From the NCBI GenBank assembly GCA_030141605.1, contig JAQGDQ010001457.1, positions 1 through 40,161 on the forward strand: a stretch of 40,161 nt of DNA. The letters run 5' to 3'. The DNA comes from Tubiluchus corallicola. Its lineage: Eukaryota > Animalia > Priapulida. Positions 1 through 10,308 of this stretch are shown here, in pieces. A model generated the notes under the pieces. That model was not told the DNA's origin, did no database searches, and saw only the letters and a list, made by a program, of their open reading frames with translations. Numbering within the stretch: position 1 is the stretch's first letter; each line of letters begins with the position of its first letter. The position numbers were made by a program, and so were the translations under genes.

Positions 1-2559
1 GTGAGATATCAAAAATTATTATATTATATGCACGAAATTTACCCTCAAGCTCTGACGTAGGTATTACTCTTTTGTATGACAGGTGAAATTTTATTTTATC
101 TAGCAGGTCACTAAACATTGTTGGTGTCATTTGCTTGCAATTTAAAAAATCATTTGGTCGTGTCTGCTCTTAATTCTTGAAATATTTGGTAATAGCTTCC
201 TTTGTGTTTCTTCGTTGCAACCATTTTTAACACGCAACATTTTTTTATATGCCTTTGCTCTACCTTTACAGAAGCACATGTTGTGCGAACGTGACAAAGC
301 ATATTAGCTTATGCTTTCTAAATTTGAACCACGAAGCGCCATAAGTAGAGAAATCATTTACATAATTTTTGAATACTTCCTTTGGTAAAGAAAGAGGTGA
401 GGCACAGGGCAGAGCACATTCACTCAAAGAGGTGATAAGCAAAGGAAAAGACGTTTGCGCTGCCTCTGTGATTTGACATACAGGAAACATTATTATTAAC
501 ATTGCACTGTACTTCATTTTAGACTAGGAAACAAGTTGTGATCTTTACCTAAATGTTTGGAACAAATACTGTTCTTCTCAAGTAATAGTAAGCCTATGTA
601 AGCTTTATGCATGTAGCACCTGGTAACAACTGCCATTGACCAAACAGAAGAAATAGGCAACTGACTTGACACTAGAAAACAGCAAGTTTCTTCCCTCATC
701 AGCAACTTCTATAATCTGAAACAGAAAAACGGCAACTCAAACATTTTAACAATAAAATATTGGGACAAACAACTACTACTATATTTTAATTTAGTTTGAT
801 ATGACTGATTCATATTAAGTTGTAAGTGAAGTGCAAAATATTTTATTAAAAATTAACTTAACAATTGTTTAGCAAAATTAACAAAAACTCATAAAAACAT
901 GTATAACAGTTAATTAAATGTAATAACTCATTCTGTACGTATTCTGTGCTCATTCTCTACAAAAGTATGGACTTAATGTCTATTTCATTTGTAGATACAT
1001 GTAGTAACAGCTTTTCTATATTTGCTTTAAAATGACAAAGGTGGTACCTATGCAATGACACAATTAAAAAAGACACCATTTTTACAACATCTAGTAACAA
1101 CTAATTAACATTGGTGTGGAAACTGATGTTTGTGGCTGCATGGTGAAATGAAGACAGAGCACCTAGAAAGGAACAGGAAATTCATAATAAGATTTATAGA
1201 TACAGAGGTACCAGAAGGTAGAAATTCAAGGAAAGCTTATCGAAAGTTTCTTCTGGTCCTTATAATAATTGACAAACCAAAGAGGTGAGATATCAAAAAT
1301 TATTATATTATATGCACGAAATTTACCCTCAAGCTCTGACGTAGGTATTACTCTTTTGTATGACAGGTGAAATTTTATTTTATCTAGCAGGTCACTAAAC
1401 ATTGTTGGTGTCATTTGCTAATAGCTTCCTTTGTGTTTCTTCGTTGCAACCATTTTTAACACGCAACATTTTTTTATATGCCTTTGCTCTACCTTTACAG
1501 AAGCACATGTTGTGCGAACGTGACAAAGCATATTAGCTTATGCTTTCTAAATTTGAACCACGAAGCGCCATAACTAGAGAAATCATTTACATAATTTTTG
1601 AATACTTCCTTTGGTAAAGAAAGAGGTGAGGCACAGGGCAGAGCACATTCACTCAAAGAGGTGATAAATAAAGGAAAAGACGTTTGCGCTGCCTCTGTGA
1701 TTTGACATACATGAAACATCATTATTAACATTGTACTGTACTTCATTTTAGACTAGGAAACAAGTTGTGATCTTTACCTAAATGTTTGGAACAAATACTG
1801 TTCTTCTCAAGTAATAGTAAGCCTATGTGAGCTTTTTGCATGTAGCACCTGCTAACAACTGCCATTGACGAAACAGAAGAAATAGGCAACTGACTTGACG
1901 CTAGAAAACAGCAAGTTTCGTCCCTCATCAGCAACTTCTATAATCTGAAACAGAAAAACGGCAACTCAAACAACTTAACAATAAAATATTGGGACAAACA
2001 ACTACTACTATATTTTAATTTAGTTTGATATGACTGATTCATATTAAGTTGTAAGTGAAGTGCAAAATATTTTATTAAAAATTAGCTTAACTATTGTTTA
2101 GCAAAATTAACAAAAACTCATAAAAACATGTATAACAGTTAATTAAATGTAATAACTCATTCTGTACGTATTCTGTGCTCATTCTCTACAAAAGTATGGA
2201 CTTAATGTCTATTTCATTTGTAGATACATGTAGTAACAGCTTTTCTATATTTGCTTTAAAATGACAAAGGTGGTACCTATGCAATGACACAATTAAAAAA
2301 GGCACCATGTTTACAACATCTAATAACAACTAATTAACATTGGTGCAGAAACTGATGTTTGTGGCTGCATGGTGAAATGAAGACAGAGCGCCTAGAAAGG
2401 AATAGGGACTTCATAATAAGATTTATAGATACACAAGTACCAGAAGGTAGAAATTCATAGAAAGATTATAGAGAGTTTCTTCTGGTTCTTATAATAATTG
2501 AGAAACCAAAGAGGTGGGATATCAAAAATTATTATATTATATGCACGAAATTTACCCTC

Positions 2560-2857
2560 AAGCTCTGACGTAGGTTTTACTCTTTTGTATGACAGGTGAA
2601 ATTTTCATTTTATCTAGCAGGTCACTAAACATTGTTGGTGTCATTTGCTTGTAATTTAAAAAATCATTTGGTCGTGTCTGCTCTTAATTCTTGAAATATT
2701 TGGTAATAGCTTCCTTTTGTGTTTCTTTGTTGCAACCATTTTTAACACGCAACATTTTTTCTATGCCTTCGCTCTACCTTTACAGAAGCACACGTTGTGC
2801 AAACGTGACAAAGCATATTAGCTTATGCTTTCTAAATTTTGAACCACGAAGCACCAT
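2560..2857 (-). pseudogene. Decayed PIF/Harbinger (HARBI1-like) transposase N-terminal fragment, present in each macrosatellite unit (about 45..342, 1329..1571, 2560..2857, 3844..4146, 5522..5823)
   Basis: Frame-hopping translation gives ..RRHRKKC.V.KWLQ(R/Q)RNTKGSYYQIFQELRADTT/NDFLNYKQMTPTMFSDLLDKMKISPVIQKS(N/K)T. This matches the Harbinger N-terminal pattern W-V-x-x-W-L-x-x-R-x-x-x-G-x-Y-x-x-L-x-x-E-L ... F-x-N-Y-x-R-M-x-x-x-x-F-x-x-L-L-x-x-I-x-P-x-I-x-K-x-D-T. It contains frameshifts and stops, and no DDE core is visible. Confidence 0.72.
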
Positions 2858-4814
2858 AACTAGAGAAGTCATTTAGCTAATTTTTGAATACTTCCTTTGG
2901 TAAAGAAAGAGGTGAGGCACAGGGCAGAACACATTCACTCAAAGAGGTGATAAGTAAAGAAAAAGACGTTTGCGCTGCCTCTGTGATTTGACATACAGGA
3001 AACATTATTATTAACATTGCACTGTACTTCATTTTAGACTAGGAAACAAGTTGTGATTTCTACTTAAATGTTTGGAACAAATACTGTTTTTCTCAAGTAA
3101 TAGTAAGCCTATGTGAGGTTTATGCATGTAGCACCTGCTAACAACTGCCATTGACAAAACAGAAGAAATAGGCAACTGACTTGATGCTAGAAAACAGCAA
3201 GTTTCTTCCCTCATCAGCAACTTCTATAATCTGAAACAGAAAAACGGCAACTCAAACAACTTAACAATAAAATATTGGGACAAACAACTACTACTATATT
3301 TTAATTTAGTTTGATATGACTGATTCATATTAAGTTGTAAGTGAAGTGCAAAATATTTTATTAAAAATTAACTTAACTATTGTTTAGCAAAATTAACAAA
3401 AACTCATAAAAACATGTATAACAGTTAATTACATGTAATAACTCATTCTGTACGTATTCTGTGCTCATTCTCTACAAAAGTATGGACTTAATGTCTATTT
3501 CATTTGTAGATACATGTAGTAACAGCTTTTCTATATTTGCTTTAAAATGACAAAGGTGGTACCAATGCAATGACACAATTTAGAAAGACACCATGTTTAC
3601 AACATCTAATAACATCTAATTAACTTTGGTGCGGAAACTGATGTTTGTGGCTGCATGGTGAAATTAAGACGGAGCGCCTAGAAAGGAATAGGGAATTCAT
3701 AATAAGATTTATAGATACACAGGTACCAGAAGGTAGAAATTCAAGGAAATCTGATCGAATGTTTCTTCTGGTCCTTATAATAATTGACAAACCAAAGAGG
3801 TGAGATATCAAAAATTATTATATTATATGCACTAAATTTACCCTCAAGTGCTGACGTAGGTATTACTCTTTTGTATGACAGGTGAAATTTTCATTTTATC
3901 TAGCAGGTCGCTAAACATTGTTGGTGTCATTTGCTTGTAATTTAAAAAATTCATTTGGTCGTGTCTGCTCTCAATTCTTGAAATATTTGGTAATACCTTC
4001 CTTTTGTGTTTCTTCGTTGCAACAATTTTTAACACGCAAAATTTTTTTTCTATGCCTTCTCTCTACCTTTACAGAAGCACATGTTGTGTGAACTTGGCAA
4101 AGCATATTAGCTTATGCTTTCTAAATTTTGAATCACGAAGTGCCATAACTAGAGAAATCATTTACCTAATTTTTGAATACTTCCTTTGGTAAAGAAAGAG
4201 GTGAGGCACAGGGCAGAACACATTCACTCAAAGAAGTGACAAGTAAAGAAAAAGACGTTTGCGCTGCCTCTGTGATTTGACACACAGGAAACATTATTAT
4301 TAACATTGTACTGTACTCAATTTAAGACAAGGAAACAAGTTGTGATTTCTACTTAAATGTTTGGAACAAATACTGTTCTTCTCAAGTAATAGTAAGCCTA
4401 TGTGAGGTTTTTTGCATGTAGCACCTGCTATCAACTGCCATTGACGAAACAGAAGAAATAGGCAACTGACTTGACACTAGAAAACAGCAAGTTTTTTTCC
4501 CTCATCAGCAACTTCTATAATCTGAAACAGAAAAACGGCAACTCAAACATCTTAACAATAAAATATTGGGACAAACAACTACTACTATATTTTAATTTAG
4601 TTTGAAATGACTGATTCATATTAAGTTGTAAGTGAAGTGCAAAATATTTTATTAAAAATTAACTTAACAATTGTTTAGCAAAATTAACAACAACTCATAA
4701 AAACATGTATAACAGTTCATTACATATAATAACTCATTCGGTATGTATTTTGTGCTCATTCTCTACAAAAGTATGGACTTACTGTCTATTTCATTTGTAG
4801 ATAAATGTAGTAAC

Positions 4815-5233
4815 TGTACTACATTTAAACTCCAGAACATCAAATGTTTAACATGCAGCAATTGTCGTTTCATCTGTAATAATAAATTACAGCAATAAGT
4901 TTTCAATGAAAAAGATAAGTTTGATAAAGGTACATTACGAAATTAGCTAACGTGATTATCGTCTATAATTGTACAAAAAAATGACAGCTAAATTGTTCTA
5001 ATAGCATAAAGTAGTTCAATAAACATAATTAGACACTTACATGTGGTCTCCCTGAGTTTTGGCACTTATAACTTGCAAGAAAAAACAATAAGAAATCAAC
5101 AACAACATTCACATCATATCAATTGAATTGCATGTCAGGTAATGTCTACCTGGCCAACTACCTGGTCACATGACTGATGACAGTTAAAAGGGCAAGACTA
5201 CATTTAATAGGTAGGGAAACGTGTATGTGCTTA
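4815..5233 (-). mobile_element. Isolated, 3-bp-truncated copy of the BEL/Pao LTR inside macrosatellite unit 4
   Basis: 419 bp matching 6491..6909 with 2 substitutions. It has the same left junction GTAGTAAC|TGTACTAC. The right end lacks the terminal ACA and rejoins the unit at GGTGGTACC, with about 31 bp of host unit missing. Confidence 0.95.
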
Positions 5234-6490
5234 GGTGGTACCTATGCAATGACACAATTAAAAAAGACACCATGTTTACAACATCTAATAACAACTAATT
5301 AACATTGGTGTTTAAATTGATGTTTGTTTCTGCATGGTGAAATGAAGACGAAGTGCCTAGAAAGAATAGGGAATTCATAATAAGATTTATAGATACACAG
5401 GTACCAGAAGGTAGAAATTCATAGAAAGCTTATAGAGAGTTTCTTCTGGTCCTTATAATAATTGACAAACCAAAGAAGTGGGATATCAAAAATTATTATA
5501 TTATATGCACGAAATTTACCCTCAAGCGCTGACGTTGGTATTACTCTTTTGTATGACAGGTGAAATTTTCATTTTATCTAGCAGGTCGCTAAACATTGTT
5601 GGTGTCATTTGCTTGTAATTTAGAAAAATCATTTGGTCGTGTCTGCTCTTAATTCTTGAAATATTTGGTAATAGCTTCCTTTTGTGTTTCTTCGTTGCAA
5701 GCATTTTTAACACGCAACATTTTTTTCTTTGCCTTCGCTCTACCTTTACTGAAGCACATGTTGTGCGAACGTGACAAAGCATATTAGCTTATGCTTTCTA
5801 AATTTTGAACCACGAAGCACCATAACTAGAGAAGTCATTTAGCTAATTTTTGAATACTTCCTTTGGTAAAGAAAGAGGTGAGGCACAGGGCAGAACACAT
5901 TCACTCAAAGAGGTGATAAGTAAAGAAAAAGACGTTTGCGCTGCCTCTGTGATTTGACATACAGGAAACATTATTATTAACATTGCACTGTACTTCATTT
6001 TAGACTAGGAAACAAGTTGTGATTTCTACTTAAATGTTCGGAACAAATACTGTTCTTCTCAAGTAATAGTAAGCCTATGTGAGGTTTTTTGCATGTAGCA
6101 CCTGCTAACAACTGCCATTGACAAAACAGAAGAAATAGGCAACTGACTTGACACTAGAAAACAGCAAGTTTCTTCCCTCATCAGCAACTTCTATAATCTG
6201 AAACAGAAAAACGGCAACTCAAACATCTTAACAATAAAATATTGGGACAAACAACTACTACTATATTTTAATTTAGTTTGAAATGACTGATTCATATTAA
6301 GTTGTAAGTGAAGTGCAAAATATTTTATTAAAAATTAACTTAACAATTGTTTGGCAAAATTAACAACAACTCATAAAAACATGTATAACAGTTCATTACA
6401 TGTAATAACTCATTCTGTACGTATTCTGTGCTCATTCTCTACAAAAGTATGGACTTACTGTCTATATCATTTGTAGATAAATGTAGTAAC

Positions 6491-6912
6491 TGTACTACAT
6501 TTAAACTCCAGAACATCAAATGTTTAACATGCAGCAATTGTCGTTTTATCTGTAATAATAAATTACAGCAATAAGTTTTCAATGAAAAAGATAAGTTTGA
6601 TAAAGGTACATTACGAAATTAGCTAACGTGATTATCGTCTATAATTGTACAAAAAAATGACAGCTAAATTGTTCTAATAGCATAAAGTAGTTCAATAAAC
6701 ATAATTAGACACTTACATGTGGTCTCCCTGAGTTTTGGCACTTATAACTTGCAAGAAAAAACAATAAGAAATCAACAACAACATTCACATCATATCAATT
6801 GAATTGCATGTCAGGTAATGTCTACCTGGCCAACTACCTGGTCACATGACTGATGACAGTTAAAAGGGCAAGACCACATTTAATAGGTAGGGAAACGTGT
6901 ATGTGCTTAACA
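6491..6912 (-). repeat. 3' LTR (422 bp)
   Basis: On the minus strand it reads TGTTAAGCAC...GTAGTACA, is preceded by the PPT, and differs from the 5' LTR at 3 positions. Confidence 0.97.
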
Positions 6913-6920
6913 CCGCCCCC
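6913..6920 (-). promoter_or_regulatory. Polypurine tract (plus-strand primer site)
   Basis: GGGGGCGG on the minus strand directly abuts the TGTT start of the 3' LTR, about 40 nt after the pol stop codon. Confidence 0.88.
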
Positions 6921-6962
6921 ATAAATGTCTCCACGAGCATTTATCACCTAACAAAAAAGCAA

Positions 6963-8594
6963 TCACACGTTCATCATCTGACCTTCAATGAAACACAACT
7001 TGTGTATAGGACGTTTAAGAAACCCCTCTTTGGTTTTCAAGGTGACACTCCTCACCAGACCATCCTTACTGACGTGGGTTTTTACAACACGTCCAAGCAG
7101 CCAACAATTTCTTGGAGTTGTATCCATAATTAGAACAACGTCATCCTCCTTGAGATTCTGTTTTTCTTTGTGCCATTTTGAACGTTGTTGGAGCATCGGC
7201 AAATACTCTAATTTCCAGCGATTCCAAAATACATTAGAAAGATATTGTATCTGTCGCCACTTTTTCATATAAACACCTCCTGCAGAAAACTGACCCAGTG
7301 GAAGTATTGGAGGAGCACTTCCGCCCATCAGAAGGAAGTGGTTAGGTGTTAAAGAATCATAATCATTCGGATCATCAGACGCTGTGGTCAGAGGTCTTGT
7401 ATTGACTATGTTCTCGACAATACAGAATAAGGTGCTCAAACCCTCATCATCAAGTACCTGCTCTTGAGCCACTGAGTGCAGAACTTTTTTAACACTTTTA
7501 ATTAGTGCTTCCCAAGCTCCTCCCATATGAGATGCCCGAGGAAGACAAAAGTCCCAATCAATATGTTTCTGAAGTAAGTTTTCCGTGACAACGTTGGTGT
7601 TCCAAGATTCTACAGACTTTTGGAGCTCTTTGTCTGCTCCCAAAAAATTACTTCCACAATCAGACATTAGTTTGTCAGGTTTACCTCTTCTGGAGCAAAA
7701 CCTATCTAGTGCTTTTATGAACGAATCAGTTGTCATCGTGAACAAAACTTCAAGATGGATGCGTCTGCTAGCCATACATGTGAAAAGGATGCCGTAACGT
7801 TTTACTTCTGAGCGACCACGTTTTACCATAATTGGACCAAAGCAATCAGTACCCACAGTAGCAAACACTCCAGAGCTTTGCAATCTGTCTACAGGCAAGT
7901 CAGCCATCTTCTGGTGTAGTGGAATTGCCCTATTCAGTCTACATTGTCTGCACTCAGCTAAAAGCTTGCGTACCATGCCACGCATTCCAATAATCCAAAA
8001 CTTCTGGCGGATCAAAGACATTACATGCTGTTTGCCGACATGTCCATGCGTGGTGTGGAAATCTTGGATGACTAAACGTGATAATTTATGTCCTTTTGGT
8101 AAAACAATTGGATGCCTCACATTATAGTTGACATCAGCACGCCTTATTCGGCCACCTACACGAATAAGTTGCTTTTCACATAGGAATGGATCAAGTTTCA
8201 CCAGACAACTAGACTTAATAACGTTCTGACTAGTGCTTAAGTCTTTATATTCTTTCGGCAAACTCTCTTTCTGCACATACTTGATTATTTCTTCTTCGGC
8301 ATAGTCGAGTTCTGCAACAGTCAGTTTATTTGGAAAACTCGAAGTCTTTTTGGCAACTTTGTTCTTTAGCACTGTTTTGAACCGAAGAAACCATGCAACA
8401 CTTTTCTTCAACTTGTAGAATGAAGAATAACGATCCATCAAATCATTTATGATAATATGCTGTCGCTGTGTGTCATCCATTGTCGTCGCTGTTATTGTAT
8501 TAACAACTGGAGAGTGCTTCACTTCTTTGTCACCTTGTAATAAATCCTTCTGTGTAGTCATATCAATTCGAGGCCAATCATCTTCTGGAAGCAT
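6963..8594 (-). CDS. pol: Pol C-terminal part: integrase (HHCC, D,D35E) plus DUF5641 tail; the frame extends upstream to about 8708 (EQWRYVPSEENAADDLSRG)
   Basis: FHTTHGHVG...CRQC zinc finger; GTDCFGP, MSDCGSNF and GGAWEALIKSVK catalytic motifs; LTPNHFL; WRQIQYLSNVFWNRWKLEYL; W.LGRV..RPIHKL tail. Confidence 0.96.
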   Translation of the reverse strand: MLPEDDWPRIDMTTQKDLLQGDKEVKHSPVVNTITATTMDDTQRQHIIINDLMDRYSSFYKLKKSVAWFLRFKTVLKNKVAKKTSSFPNKLTVAELDYAEEEIIKYVQKESLPKEYKDLSTSQNVIKSSCLVKLDPFLCEKQLIRVGGRIRRADVNYNVRHPIVLPKGHKLSRLVIQDFHTTHGHVGKQHVMSLIRQKFWIIGMRGMVRKLLAECRQCRLNRAIPLHQKMADLPVDRLQSSGVFATVGTDCFGPIMVKRGRSEVKRYGILFTCMASRRIHLEVLFTMTTDSFIKALDRFCSRRGKPDKLMSDCGSNFLGADKELQKSVESWNTNVVTENLLQKHIDWDFCLPRASHMGGAWEALIKSVKKVLHSVAQEQVLDDEGLSTLFCIVENIVNTRPLTTASDDPNDYDSLTPNHFLLMGGSAPPILPLGQFSAGGVYMKKWRQIQYLSNVFWNRWKLEYLPMLQQRSKWHKEKQNLKEDDVVLIMDTTPRNCWLLGRVVKTHVSKDGLVRSVTLKTKEGFLKRPIHKLCFIEGQMMNV

Positions 8595-8647
8595 CAGGAA
8601 TCTAGGTCCGAATTTCCAGCGTTTCGACTCTAACAGTGCATAAGCAT

Positions 8648-9280
8648 TTAGTCCTCGAGATAGGTCGTCAGCTGCATTTTCCTCAGAAGGGACATATCTC
8701 CATTGCTCTGTGAGACCTCTAGAATGCTTGTGACCCTCTTCTGCACGAAGGTATGAAAGCGCTTGACAGTATTTCGTATGTAGTGCAAGATAATTAGACT
8801 ATCCGTCCAAAATATTGACCTGTCAATGTGGATGGTAAGCTCTTTCCGTAGCACCTTTTCAAGTTTAGCTGCAAGAGCTGCTGCACATAACTCCAGGCGA
8901 GGAATAGTCAGTCCTTTCATCGGAGTTAGCCTTGATTTCGCAATGACAAATGCAGTGTGGATAACGTTGAGCTCATTCTGCTGACGAATGAACACTACCA
9001 CACCATAAGCACTTTCAGAAGCGTCACAAAAATAATGAAGCTCTGTGGATATCACCTTACCAAACTCACGAGGCATGAATGATCTCTCAATCTTGAAATC
9101 TGTTAACAGTGTGCTTTCGTCTTTCCATTGTTTCCATTTCTTCTCAATGGCGCCGTCCAACTTGCTATCCCACGTTTTGTCTGGTAAACGACATTCTTCT
9201 TGAAACAGTTTCTTTCCTTGCAGAACAAATGGGCCACACATTCCAAGGGGATCATAGATACTGGAAAGAGAACTAAGCAA
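8648..9280 (-). CDS. pol: Pol fragment: RT connection and RNase H (Pao Peptidase_A17 region); frameshifted at both ends
   Basis: TKRGLLSSLSSIYDPLG, LHYFCDASESAYG, AKSRLTP..TIPRLELCAA, FWTDS, FHTFVQKRV. Confidence 0.95.
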   Translation of the reverse strand: MLSSLSSIYDPLGMCGPFVLQGKKLFQEECRLPDKTWDSKLDGAIEKKWKQWKDESTLLTDFKIERSFMPREFGKVISTELHYFCDASESAYGVVVFIRQQNELNVIHTAFVIAKSRLTPMKGLTIPRLELCAAALAAKLEKVLRKELTIHIDRSIFWTDSLIILHYIRNTVKRFHTFVQKRVTSILEVSQSNGDMSLLRKMQLTTYLED

Positions 9281-10308
9281 TCCACGCTTTGTATTGGGAT
9301 GCTCCTTTTGTTTACATGGACGCCTAGCGTATCAGCCTCCATCTGCCAACTTATCCCCAAGGCACGCTCATTCGGCAGTGTGTCATGTGACAAGTTTAGA
9401 TCTTTAACACCTTTTCCCCTATCTTCAATTGGGATAGTGTCGAGAACACGTTTATCATTTGACATCCATTTCGTCAAACAAAATCCACCCTTCTGCAAAA
9501 GCAGCTTTAGCTGAGTAATTAGCTTCAATGCTTGCTCTACATTTTCGACTGACTTTAGGCAGTCATCCACATAAAAATTGTAAAGCACAGTTGCTACCGT
9601 TTCTTTATCAAAGCTGTATTGGTAGTCCAATGCAGTGCGTTTCAAGGCAAATGACGCCGCACTGGGGGACCAAGCCCCTCCAAAAAGGTGCACGGTCATT
9701 CTAAGTATCTGAAGAGGCTGGTCAATTCGTCCCTCAGGCCACCAAATGAACCTCAGCATATCTCTATGCTTGGGCGAAACAAACACTTGGTGATACATCT
9801 CACGTATATCTGCTAGCACGGCAACTGGATACTGCCTAAATCGCAAGAGGACACCAACCAAATTATTCGTAAGGTCAGGACCTTGCAAAGCCAATTTGTT
9901 CAGTGAGATACCTTCGCACTCTGCACCGCAATCAAAAACAATACGGGTTTTATCTGGTTTATTTTCGTTAAAGACTGGGAAGTGAGGAAGATACCAAGTC
10001 AGATGTGTAGGAGTACTTGCTGATTGTTCTTCCACTAGCTCTGCATGACCCTTGTTTAGCAAATCGTTGATTCCGTCAGTGTACTTTTGATGAAGAATGG
10101 GATTCTTGGTGAATTTTCTTCTGAGTCCATTGAGCCGTTTTGCTGCCATCTGAAAGCTATCAGGAATAACATTATGTTTGCCTTTAAATGGTATTTCTAA
10201 CTCATAGTGGCCGTCTCTTCTGGTTATTGAGCTTTCCCAAATATCGATGACCATCATCTCTTCTCTAGAATACTGCTCATCATCCAAACAGAATCTATTT
10301 TCCAACAT
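9103..10308 (-). CDS. pol: Pol fragment: reverse transcriptase; true coding span about 9306..10290
   Basis: WYLPHFPV..KPDKTRIVFD, SLNKLALQGPDL, LLRFR, ADIREMYHQV, HLFGGAWSP, FYVDDCL (YVDD at 9562..9573), GGFCLTKWMSN, ALGISW. Confidence 0.96.
   Translation of the reverse strand: MLENRFCLDDEQYSREEMMVIDIWESSITRRDGHYELEIPFKGKHNVIPDSFQMAAKRLNGLRRKFTKNPILHQKYTDGINDLLNKGHAELVEEQSASTPTHLTWYLPHFPVFNENKPDKTRIVFDCGAECEGISLNKLALQGPDLTNNLVGVLLRFRQYPVAVLADIREMYHQVFVSPKHRDMLRFIWWPEGRIDQPLQILRMTVHLFGGAWSPSAASFALKRTALDYQYSFDKETVATVLYNFYVDDCLKSVENVEQALKLITQLKLLLQKGGFCLTKWMSNDKRVLDTIPIEDRGKGVKDLNLSHDTLPNERALGISWQMEADTLGVHVNKRSIPIQSVDCLVLFPVSMIPLECVAHLFCKERNCFKKNVVYQTKRGIASWTAPLRRNGNNGKTKAHC

Larger units (their letters stand above)
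1..6490. repeat. ~1.28-kb macrosatellite, 4 full units plus 1 partial unit, probably continuing beyond the left window edge
   Basis: Anchor GTG(A/G)GATATCAAAAATTATT at 1, 1285, 2514, 3800 and 5478 (periods 1284, 1229, 1286, 1678). Unit 2 lacks 55 bp near 1419, unit 4 contains an LTR copy, and unit 5 is cut by the retrotransposon at 6490. Confidence 0.97.

Noticed and set aside
266-4192. Short 61-83-aa ORFs repeated in the macrosatellite (e.g. MKYSAMLII.., MLMREETCC..)
   Set aside because: They recur only because the unit is repeated, are disrupted in other units, and show no recognisable domain apart from overlap with the Harbinger relic.
6913-6962. Possible env or extra ORF between pol and the 3' LTR
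   Set aside because: Only 50 bp separate the pol stop from the LTR.
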